This document shows positions 49,801-60,797 of a stretch of 64,000 nt of DNA, piece after piece. The stretch spans positions 8,308,001 to 8,372,000 of the forward strand of contig NC_047078.1 in the NCBI RefSeq assembly GCF_902459465.1, given 5' to 3'. Each line of letters starts with the position of its first letter. Position 1 is the stretch's first letter. The translations under genes and the position numbers were made by a program. The notes under the pieces are model-generated. The model searched no databases, was not told the DNA's origin, and saw only the letters and a program-made list of their open reading frames with translations. The DNA comes from Asterias rubens. Lineage: Eukaryota.

Positions 49801-52800
49801 TGCAAAGCAGAAAAGAGCAGGATACCAGTCAAAAATTGTACATGTGACATGGTAGTTTGGCTTGTAACCCTGTTCTGGTAAGCGAATATTTGTTTTGTGT
49901 TGCGGCTCTAAATGAATTGGGCCCTGAACTGACCGTCGAGGTAGGTATACGGTTGTTTTATGTCTTAAAACTTACCACTCAAGAAGTTGTAGATAACTGG
50001 ATTGATGACGTTGTTTAGGTAAGCCATGAAATGAGCAATCAGGAATGAGACATGGAGAGCAACCCTCCCACTGGATTCGGTGTTCTCAGATGCCTTCATA
50101 TTATTGAAACCATCCATGTATCTGAAATAAAACGTCAATAAAAACACACACACATTAAAACTAAAAAGGAGTGTAAAAATCACTGGAGAGCTGTCGATAA
50201 TTAATTACCACTAATTTACGTAAACGGTGAGCCGGTGTGTCACTTCAAAGCGATGGTGAGCCGGTGTGTCACTTCAAAGCGATGGGTGTACGGGCTGCCC
50301 CTCCGCCACCTGGACACGCGTGAACTAAAGACAGTGTGGCCAAGTGTAGAGGGAATGCGTAAGTCTCGGATGAAAAAGCATGTTTGTAAAGTGAGGAGTT
50401 ATTTTAAGTTTGAATAAACAATTTCCTCTGTAGAAAAGAACAACAACAAAACTGCAAAAAACTTGCATGCAGGTATACCTCAATCTCTTTTGATATGAGC
50501 ATTGGTTCGGAAAAGATCTTCAGTCTCCTCCTACTTTTGTATCTAGTCAAACTGCTTGTTAAAATCATAACTGGACTTTTTACATTCATGAAACCAAATC
50601 TCTAAAATGTCTATCCTTTAAAGGCAGTGAATACTATTGGTAATTACTCAAAATAATTATTAGAATAAAACCTTTCTTGGTAAAGAGTAATGGGGAGAGG
50701 TTGATGGTATAAAACATAGTGAGAAACGGCACCCTCTGAAGTGCCATAGTTTACGAGAAAGAAGTAATTTTCCACGAATTTGATTTCGAGACCTCAGATT
50801 TAGAACTTGAGGTCTCGAAATCAACCATCTAAACGCACACAACTTCGTGTGACAAGGGTGTTTTTTTCTTTCATTATTATCTCGCAAGTTCGATGACCGA
50901 TTGAGCTAAAATTTTCACAGGTTTGTTATTTTATGCATATGTTGAGATACACCAACTGTGAAGGCTAGTCTTTGACAATTACCAATTGTGTCCACTGCCC
51001 TTAAAATCATAACTGCACTTTTTACATTCATGAAACCAAATCTGTAAAATTTCTATCCTTTAATGTACTTTTTGTATGATTGAAACCATTCTCTTTATTA
51101 ATAATAATTTTTTCCCCTCATCATAATAAACAGAAGTATCAAGTTCATTTTGAATAAGCCTCTTTCTTGCCCCTGGCTAAGGTTTCAGAGTCCATGATGA
51201 AAAGTTCATCGCATAATACAAATTGTTTCCACAAAAAGAACATCTCTGAGCGATCGTATTTTGCTTGTTCTGTGCTAAGAGATTTGCCCAAAGCCGATCT
51301 ATGGCGTGATTGTTAACTGTTTATGCAACGAAATTCACCCTCGTTTCCTCGGCCTTCCGTGCTGGAGGTATTCAGAAATCGCTGATGTTTAATTAAGGTG
51401 TTTAACGTTATGCGGGGTCACGTTCACGCTTTGGGATCGAGGTGGTAATCTTACAGGGTGATACACCTTTGTAGAATTTCATCATCTTTAAATTTTGGAA
51501 AAAGAGCCTTTCAAGAGAGAACAACAATTTATATTAATTTCTTTTCAATCACAATATTGTCTGGTACCCGAAAAAGCAGCGACAGCGATAGTTGTAGCTA
51601 TCATTTCATGCATAGGAACCAGACTATTATTTGCCTTACAGCCTCAGATTGATGTATTGCTGCTCAGTTATGAAGATATTTAGTGTGATGACGCATTATC
51701 ACCATGAAAGTGGCACGAAGTTACATATAATAATAAAAATAATATGACACTTGTAAAGCGCAAACATATCCACCTAACAAGTAGGCGCTCAAGTCGCGAC
51801 AAAGAAAAACAATGAACAACAACAAGATATTTAAATTAAACTGTGTTGTTGTAGGCAATTACCATGAGGTGGGTTTTGAGGGTAGTTTTAAAGGAGTTGA
51901 GGGATGAAATAGAGCGAATGTTGTGAGGACGGCTGTTCCCAAAGACGAGGGGCAGCAATACGGAAAGATCTATCTCCCCAGGAGCGATAAGATCTCCGTA
52001 CAGTCAGAAGATGTTGACTTGCTGAACGAAGACCAGATCGACTGGGGTTATAAGGCCTGATGAGTACGCACTTTATGTAATCCACCATTACATATACATA
52101 AACTGACAAACCTGAGTTTGAGATCTATGACTTGTGTACATCATACAAACTTGAGGGCGCTGTCGTGCAAACGTGAAAATAAATGAGCTTTAAATGAGCT
52201 GTAAAAAAAAAACACTCTTGTCACACGAAGTTGTGTGCGTTTAGATCGTTGATTTCGAGACCCCACGTTCTAAATCTGAGGCCTTTATACAATCAACCTC
52301 TCCATATTATTACTCGTCAACAAGAAAGATTTTCTAATTATTTTGAGTAATTACCAATAGTGTCCATTGCCTTTAAAGAAACATTACAGAAATGGGATTA
52401 AAAATACCGCTTATATCACAGATTTACACAAAGTCTAATGATGACGATAGTAGAAAACATTTCTGAAATAGTTTTATTTGATGTAATTGTATTCATGAAT
52501 CTATAAGTCAAGCAAAATAGAACTCAAACTCATGTTTGTCAGTTTATGTTTAACGGTGGATTACATAAAGTGCTTACACTGCCAGCAACCGTTTTGTTAC
52601 CACCAACCAATGTTCCTTTGAGCAACGGGCCATATAGCCGCGTCATATCTCGTTATAGTTTGCGTCCAAAGCTAATCGATAGAAAGCATATTCTTTACTG
52701 TAAGAGGGTCTCAAATACCACAGGAAAAACAAAATAACAAACTTATAATATCAGCATGAATTGAGAAGCTGTCCCTTTGAAAAAATATTCCTTGGCCACA

Positions 52801-55800
52801 TAAAGTGCACGACTTACAAAAACAGTCCGTTCTTTCATCGCTACGGTGTAGCCTTACTAGCCAGAAGGCATTTACGAATGTATATCTCACTTCAATAGTC
52901 ATACCAGTGTCTTGAATCCTTTTGTCTGCTCTGACGGCTTGAAAAGAGCCTATGACATCTCTAATTTATATACATCATTCCTATTGTTGTAAAAAGGAAA
53001 CGAAATTTGAATGAAATGGTCTGGTTTCGAGTCAAGATAAAGCGGACTTAAAGGTCACCAAAAAATTAAATCAAATTCCTCGTAGATTTATGGTTTTTTT
53101 TTTCATCTTCGTTGTAGGCCCTAATAGAATACACAGTTTTTAGTCGTCCATATTATTTCCAAGTATTAAAAAAATGATTTTCAAGGACCCAAACAACGAG
53201 TGCATTGTAGCGTACATTGATAAGTTACTTAGTAGTTTTCTTATTATCGTTTTTAAGACACAGGCTATAATGTAAAGTAATGTAAAATTTTCTATTCTAC
53301 AGTAAGTTGCAAAGTCGATGACCAATAATTGAGCCAAATTTTTCACAGGTTAATTATTTTATGCATAACTTTAAAGGGAAGGTACACGTTTGGTATGTAA
53401 TTACTCAAAACAAATATTGACTTAAAAACTGACTTGGTAACTAGCATTGGAGAGCTGTTGTTGGAAACGACTCCCTCTGAAGTAACGTAGTTTTTGAGAA
53501 AGAGTTAATTTCTCACTAAAATAATAGAAGACTTCTAGCTCGAAGTATTTTATTCCTATCTGAAAGCACACAGATTCGTCCAACAATGGTGTTTTTTCTT
53601 TCATCATTTTTTTCCCAACTCCGATGACCAATTGAGCTAAAATTTTCACAGATTTGTTATTTTATGCATATGATGAGATACACCAAGTGAGAACACTTGT
53701 CTTTGACAATTACCAACAGTGTACCTTCCCTGTAAGGTACACCAAGTGAGAGTAGGCCTGGTTTTGACAATACAAAACGTGTCAAGTGCCTTTAAGGAGT
53801 GAGTTGTAAACGACAGACCAGATACACATAATGCCCAACTAAACTCCAAACACCGTAACCCGATCACAGTACGCCTAGCGTTTCAGTCTCCCGGGGATCG
53901 CGTCGATACACCCGCGTGTTGACTCAACTGCCCTCGGTGATGCCTCTTCACACATTCTCGTAGTTTTTTCCATTGGACCTTCGACGTGGCCCAGTGAAAG
54001 AGTCCAATCGAATCACGAATACAACGAAAATACTTCGCCACATCCATGTTGTTTTTATAACCATTTAATGTAAACTAAATCGAGGCTTGGACAAAAACAG
54101 CTCTAAAAAGGAACATCGATATTCGCTGTACAAACTTATTGGAATGTCCAGTATCCAATAGTGATGTACAAGGTAGACATTCATTGTAGAAACATAAGGG
54201 AATGTCCAATATCCAATATAGATGTACATGGAAGACATTCCCTATAAACACGTCGGGATTATCCAATATCCAATATTGATGTACGAAGTAGACATTCACT
54301 GTACAAACCTATGCGAATGTTGTCCAATATTTGATATCTATCGAAAAAGTAACATCGACAATTCTCGCTGTACAAACATTATTTGAATGTCCGATGTCAA
54401 ATATGCAACTAACGTACTTTTACTACTTTCTTAAGATATCCATAATATGCATGTATTTACCATCCACCTCTTATGATCCAGCGTGTTAACACTAGCGACT
54501 GCCCATCGACCCGCCCTAATGCGCACGATCGGCACACGATCTGTCTCATAAAGCTTTATCAATGTGGATAAAAACATGGTACCAGTCTAGACCCATGCAG
54601 TGAGCCCCAACAATGACGTCAAAGCAACTAGAACGCACTGGGGTCAGACCTGGGTCGATCCGGGAAGCTAATCGAAAGCACCGGGGTCAAACCTGGGTCG
54701 AACCGGGGTAGTTTATTGAGCGTACTTGGGTAAGAACTGGATAGACCCGGGGAGGCTAATCAAACGCGCTGGGGTCAGACCTGGGTCGATCCGGGGAAGC
54801 TAATCGAAAGCACCGGGGTCAAACCTGGGTCGAACCGGGGTAGCTTATTGAGCGTACTTGGGTAAGAACTGGATCGACCCGGGGAGGCTAATCGAACGCA
54901 CTGGGGTTAAACCTGGGTCAAGGTAGGGTAGCTAATCGATCATACTTGAGTCAGACCTGGTAACCCGGGCAAGCTAATCAAAAGCACCCATAATAATAGA
55001 TAAGACAATAATGGTATGAGTGCAAACATGTATTTTGAACTTCCAAGACTTGCACTCGTCTGTCCCCCGCGCGCTCTGCAGAAGCGATCGACCCCTTGCC
55101 ATTTTCCAAGGAATCATATCAAGTTTATAGAAACCGTTTTATAGCACGTTTAGTACGTTTAGTATTAGAGGGTACGCTTTGATGACTTTGTCACGCACGG
55201 ATAATACATTTCAACGAACTCACTATGATATGAAAATATCAAAGGACATTGGCAAGGACATTGACAGCATATTAACGGTACCATAGTCACGAATGGCCTT
55301 CTGCTGGTTAGCTGCGTGTCCACGACAAATATTTGTGACCCCGGTCTGGTGGTGGTAGAATTAGCGTTGAGTCCAGGGCCGCGTCAAGGACACTTCTACC
55401 ATGTAAGCAATAAACAAGTTTTCTGACAACACTAGCGATTGTGTGCTTGCTTCGCATGCAAGTTGTGTTTTCAAACAGTGATTCTGAAACCATACTATCC
55501 ATTTTTTTTCACGAGGAATATGAATTTTTCAGCAAGTGGAGATTATAATGGGGATGGTAGAGTGGCTCAACATTTGGCTGTCATGGCCGCCATTGATAAA
55601 ATAACCTTTCGTTCAGATGATGTGGTACTGGACGTTGGCTGTGGTACGGGGGACGAGACAATTGCAATAGCTGCTAAAGTCAAACGTATTACAGGTGAGT
55701 TCAAAAATCGTCATTATTATTAAAGTCACCTGGAAGTGGTATTTTTTCAAAATAAAGCTTTTGTCACAAATATATGTGTTTTGATGAGTGGAATGTGAAT

Positions 55801-58800
55801 AAACAGTTAACTAAGGTTTTAAAAAATCAGTTCTTATGTTATTTACAAACTTGAGAGTAGACCCCGACCCGAGAGGGCGCTGTTCGTGACGTCAATCGAG
55901 GCAGACTTTGCCTGTAATGCGTAGAGTAAACACAATTGCAAAGTACATGGACGTACATTGGACGTACATGTACTTTGCACGTGTGTTTACTATACGCATT
56001 GCAGGCAAAGTCTGCCTCGATTTATGTCACAAAAAGGGTAGGCGGAGTCAGCCCCCCAAACAACTTTATATATGTTTTAAACATATAAATCGGACAAACA
56101 ATTACTAAAAAAATTGTTTTATTGTTCGTAAGCATATACTGTTATGTTTGAAAGAAAAAAAAAAATTCCAGGTGACTTTAAAGTATGAGGTTTTTTATTT
56201 ATTTCATTTATTAATTTCACAGTAGGAACGACAAAGAAAACACACACACACAAAGGAGAGAAAACAATAAAAGTAGCAGCCCTCATGGATTTAAAAAAAG
56301 TTTGTTACTGACAAAGACTAGTATTCTCATTTGTCGCATCCCAACATAATGCACAAAATCACAAATCTGTGACAATTTGGACTCAATGTCATCGAAGTTG
56401 CAAGAGAAAACTGAAAGATAATCAAAGATCATATTTATGTTAAAGGCAACTGGATACTTTTAGTTATATCTGTGAAAATTTGGACTCAATTGGTCATCGA
56501 AGTTGCAAGAGAAAACCGAATGGAAATCAAAAATATGTTTATGTTAAAGGCACTGTACACCTTTGGTAAATTGTCAAAAACTAGATTCTCACCAAATACA
56601 CCATGTTGTTTCCCAACATGCATACAAATAACACATCTGTGAAAGTTTTAACTACATGGGTCATCGAAGTTGCAAAAGTATAATAAAAGAAAAAACACCC
56701 TTGTTGCGTGCTTTCAGATAAATAAAAGGATTCGGGCATGAAGTCTTATTGAGTGAGATATTAAGATTTTGTATTCATTTCCTTACGGGCACCGAAAAGG
56801 TCTTCACGGGGAGTTCTAAAGACGGGGTAGCTCCATTAGGAACTTTGTGTACAAAGTCTCTGGCAGTTTCTTAACTTCATAGCAAAAAGAAAGAACAACA
56901 TATTTATCAAAAACTGTGTTCTCGGTGTATTGTTCTCGGTGTTTTGTTCCAGAGGTTTTACACACGATCATTAATGATTTTAAGATTGTTAAATACCTTT
57001 TTGATTATCGATTTGTACAGAAAATATGGAACTGTTATCTAAAATAACTGTATTGGGCTCATAATTGGTTTTGTGCTAACGGAACGTTCTTAGCAGATTT
57101 TCCATTTTATAAAGCAGTTTACCGTAAGCAAAGGTAAATGCTGGATAACCTGCGGTTAGCACATTAGTGACGTAAGCGCAAATCCATGGTGAACGTGCCA
57201 TGCGAGCCTAGAATTTGTGTGCTTTCTTGAGACATTGTGTTGAAATAAGTTCATGCTTACGTACATTTGCTTACGGGTAAACAGCTTTATGAAATTGGGC
57301 CCTTGGGTGTAATATACACTCGTATGGCACCTACTAACCCCGATGTTTTTAAATACACTATCCTCAGGTGTTGATCTTTCTGTTGAAATGATAGCCGAAG
57401 CACGAGCGAAAAGCTCGCCGTCAAATGTATCATTTTTTGTGGGAGACGCACTCACTGTCGGTGATAACCCCAAATGGCGGGAAACATTCGATAAAGTTGT
57501 CAGTTTTCTGGTTTTACACTGGATTCAAGACAAACGCACGGCTTTGACGAGCATTCTCGCCTGCCTTAAACCACAAGGGGAAGCTTTGCTCATCGTGGAT
57601 ACCGACACACCAATTTTCTTTGATGCGTCAAGATTTCTACAAAGCCATGACAAGTGGGGTAAATATGTTAAGGTAAATATTCGTTGTCTTTGTTATGACA
57701 TACGTGCTTATCACTTATAAAGTATACCGCCCTCTGTTGACACTAACAAGATGACCGCCTTCTTGGAAACCACAAGATTAAGTATGGTTTGTTTATTTAA
57801 AAAAATAACTTTTTTTCTGTCATGTTCAATGAAGGACTTCATGGTCCCTATGTACCAATTGAAGCAGTCTGTGGCGGAAACGCAAGAAATGATGACATCT
57901 TTGGGCTGGGTTAACTGCAAGTGTGAAATCGTAACCCATGAGATTTGCATGGACGAAGTACAAGCAAAATGTAAGTATTAAAGATTCTTCATGAACAAAG
58001 AAAACAAGCAAAGAAAAAATAACACACTTTATGAAGAAACAAGAAACCCTAAATTCACCAAAGGAGATAAAGGCCGATAACAACTAATTCCAGTCGAGTA
58101 ATGGACAAATCAGATGATTTAAAGGTCGAGTTAAGGCCGAGTCACACTGCAGCGATAACGAAAACGATAACGATCACGTGAAGGCCGAGTCACACTGCAG
58201 CGATAACGAAAACGATAACGATCACGACGCAAAGAGAACGCATTGTATTGGTTGAATTGCTCCACGCAGAATACGCACACGCTCATTCAACCAATAGAAT
58301 GCGTTTCTGCCTTTAAGGTAATAAGTATTCAGTGGTAGTGACTAAAAACCCAATACGCGAAACGTTTACATTTTGGCGCTTCACTATTTTTTCCTGACTC
58401 ACACAACTGAATAAGCCCACCAACTTTGCACAGGTTTGTTTCGGAGGTATCATTGATCACACAAAACATGAACAACTGCTGCGATTTCGAGACATCTTCC
58501 ATCACCATTTCCAATTTTATCTTTTTCTTTCTTCAGTGTTCTTCAAAACATTGCTGCAGCAAACAAACATGATACCCGAGGACTACACGGACGAGTACCT
58601 GACAGATCTGTTGAACTTTGCATCGTCACGCGTCGAAAATAAAGACCAAGATTGCTTCTTTAAATTTACAGCACAACTTAGTATTATCCATGCTTTCAAG
58701 TAGTGCTTGCAAAACTTCAATATGAAAAGTGAATGTTTTTTCTTTCTGATAAATGTTGCTGTGTTAATTAAACCTCTGACGTTTCCAGTAATGATTAAAA

Positions 58801-60448
58801 CACTGGACGCTATTGGTAATTACTAAACATAATTGTTAGCATTAACAAAAACTCTTACTTGGTATAACGAGTAGTGGTAAACTGTTGATAGTATAACACA
58901 TTGTGAGAAACTGCTCCCTCTGAAGTATCGTAGTTTTGAGAAAGAGATGATTTCTCACTCAAATAATAAAAGACTTCAGCCCCGAGATACAATCTGTCCA
59001 AAGTTGGAATCTACCCCAAATTAGAATCTGCCCAAAGTGAAGTCTATCCCATTTAGGAATGTGTTGGTTATCACCTGATTGTGTTAGAAACGTGCGTAGA
59101 AAGTTTACAAATAGAAAGTAAATCTGTCCCAAATCGGAATACACTCAAGTTATAATTTGCCAAACATGGAACATACCCTAGGTTTGAAGCTGACCCAAAT
59201 TGGAATGTAGCCCGCGTTAGAATCTGTCTGGTACTAACCTGATTGTGTTTAGAACATGCGTAGGAAGTTTACAAATAGCAAACATGACAACCACCACTAT
59301 CAACATCCGGGCTACTTTACGTCTGGATTCCAGCTGTGTCTCTGTTGACTAATAGGAGAAGAGGAAAACATTGAATATTCATGAAGTGGTGTCACATCAT
59401 AAATGGATACTTTGGAACGCTAGGTGGCAGCAGACTTACCATATAAATGTCCATTGTTTATGTCGTTCTGATCATGCGCATATCACCGAGAACGATGTAT
59501 TTACCTGGTAAGTGTGCTGATACCTAGTGTCACAAAAATCCCCTATTGTTTAACATTAAAGACAATATTATTATACACTGTCACATTATTTGTTAGATAT
59601 GACAGGAACTTCTGTCCCCGATATGGCAAATGATGTACAAACTTCTTCTGATAGCGCCCTCTTTTGAAACCTCCTCCTCAAGCCCATGTTAGTTTTCCAT
59701 TGAGGGACCGAATGTCAGTAACAAAAAGCTATTTCGTTAGCTTTTTTGTTGGCCATGGTACAGTGCAGGACAGACAAAACAAAACTATACGCAAGACATA
59801 ACACCATTTATTTCCAGATGAGTTTGGTCAATGGTTTTTAGCGAGCATTCCATGGGGTAGCTATGGAGGATTGCAGGTTACTCAGATTCCAAGAACTGAC
59901 TCCGCGGTAGTGCAGTTAATTACGATCTTATAAGCTAAAGCAGTAGTCAATTTTCTATACTTTCCGCCCGGGTGGTAGTTAAATAGCAGGAGAGTTCTTT
60001 TTAGAACTGTGGAGTCTCAGAAACATCCAATACATCTACTCGGCGGTTGTAGAATAAAGAAAGACAGTTCTCTAAGAACAAACTATGCCTGGCAAGTAGA
60101 TACACACATGGTGTTACCACAAAAATTACTCAGTTTCATTTTGAGAGACAGGAGCTGTAGTTTTGGTGATTACTTCAACATGTGAAAGCAGCTATCAATC
60201 CGTAGCTGTAGCCGTAGCCGTAGCCGCTAAATCAGAAACTGCCTTACCTTATTCATAGTGGGTTTAGTCTGTCCCGCTGATCGCCCTCCCAACGCAGGTC
60301 TGTGCGATTCATCAGTCGGGATACCAGACCACAGTCTCAGGCAGACTCGTGCATACGCTACGGCCATGATCAACAGCGGGATTACATAGGACACAACCAC
60401 TTTGCTGATGTGGTAGACTTTCTGCCAGATGGTGCCCTTCCAAGCTTT
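46858..60448 (-). CDS. Orexin/allatotropin-type neuropeptide GPCR (class A), 5'-partial: TM5 to C-terminus, 4 exons in window
   Basis: Exons 60448-60248 (KAW..VYHISKVVVSYVIPLLIMAVAYARVCLRLWSGIP, TM5), 59348-59239 (STETQLESRRKVARMLIVVVVMFAICKLPTHVLNTIR, TM6; missing from the ORF track), 50121-49976 (..HFMAYLNNVINPVIYNFLS, TM7), 47138-46858 (ARFRKEFRHVFSCC.. to stop). Phases 0/2/1 are consistent. QLxSRRK, IYNFLS and FRxEF are typical of orexin/allatotropin receptors. I found no TM1-4 exons in 60449-64000. Confidence 0.82.
47735..48380 (-). mobile_element. Decayed DIRS/Ngaro-like retrotransposon remnant (RNase H region, possible)
   Basis: LFGQPSGIGWGYL resembles the LFTDASxxGWGAxL motif; the rest is interrupted by stops and frameshifts. 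Confidence 0.35.
50618..51004. mobile_element. Full-length family A MITE flanked by 63-bp direct repeats
   Basis: TTAA|AGGCAGTGAATACTATTGG ... CCAATTGTGTCCACTGCCC|TTAA. Flanks 50559-50621 and 51001-51063 differ at 3 positions. Confidence 0.9.
51727..52085 (-). mobile_element. L2-type LINE 3' end
   Basis: YNPSRSGLRSASQHLLTV..WGDRSFRIAAPRLW, followed by an L2-like 3' UTR and (ATT)n-like tail. Confidence 0.8.
53290..53794. mobile_element. Family A MITE variant (53371-53735) nested in an older family A copy
   Basis: Inner TTAA|AGGGAAGGTACAC ... GTGTACCTTCCCT|GTAA; the outer copy resumes and ends GTCAAGTGCCT|TTAA at 53794. Confidence 0.7.
54110..54400. repeat. Degenerate 57-58-bp minisatellite (~4.5 units)
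   Basis: GACATTC recurs at 54176, 54234 and 54291; core GAATGTCCAATATCCAATA. Confidence 0.85.
54635..54987. repeat. GC-rich ~44-bp tandem repeat with a 131-bp three-monomer higher-order unit
   Basis: GGGGTCAGACCTGGGTCGATCC at 54640 and 54771; about 8 monomers. Confidence 0.9.
55520..58703 (+). CDS. Class I SAM-dependent methyltransferase, juvenile hormone acid O-methyltransferase (JHAMT)-like, complete, 4 exons, 260 aa, nested antisense in a GPCR intron
   Basis: Exons 55520-55694, 57368-57672, 57835-57970, 58537-58703 total 783 nt including TAG. SAM motif VLDVGCGTG, GVDLSVEMI, FDKVVSFLVLHWIQD, LKPQGEALL, PIF and KWGKY match the JHAMT family pattern. The exon 3 acceptor is AAG at 57832-57834; an in-frame CAG alternative lies at 57865-57867. 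Confidence 0.85.
55720..56181. mobile_element. Kolobok-like MITE (TTAA TSD, AGTCACCTGGAA TIR) in methyltransferase intron 1
   Basis: TTAA|AGTCACCTGGAA ... TTCCAGGTGACT|TTAA, with an internal ~130-bp foldback at 55894-56022. Confidence 0.88.
58131..58295. mobile_element. Truncated MITE with its 48-bp 5' end tandemly duplicated
   Basis: AAGGCCGAGTCACACTGCAGCGATAACGAAAACGATAACGATCACG at 58133 and 58181. Confidence 0.65.
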
Positions 60449-60458
60449 CTGTAATTTC

Positions 60459-60797
60459 AAAATCAAAATCAAAATAAAAATCAAAACCAGACTTAGAATC
60501 AGACTTAGAATCAGACTTTAGAATCAGAATCAGAATCAGAATCAGAATCAGAATCAGAATCAGAATCAGAATCAGAATCAGAATCAGAAGCAAAATCAAA
60601 ATCAAAATCAAAATCAAAATCAAGATTAAAATCAAAATCAGGATCAAGATCAAGATCAAAATTAAAGTTAAAATTAAAATTAAAATTAAAATTAAAATCA
60701 AAATCTAAATTAAAATTAAAAACCAAATCAAAATCAAAATAGAAATCAAAATTGAAATCGAAAATCGAAATCAAAATCGGAATCGAAATCAAATCAA
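60459..60797. repeat. Compound hexamer microsatellite (AAAATC/AGAATC/AAAATT)n
   Basis: About 11 pure AGAATC units at 60520-60585 inside degenerate AAAATC arrays, abutting a GPCR splice acceptor. Confidence 0.95.

Noticed and set aside
50226-50284. Short direct repeats that could mimic CRISPR (29 bp x2 here; 48 bp x2 at 58133; 49 bp x2 at 37811)
   Set aside because: Adjacent duplications without spacers, in a eukaryotic genome with no cas genes.
60312-60792. Poly-IL and SD-repeat ORFs
   Set aside because: Translations of the hexamer microsatellite.
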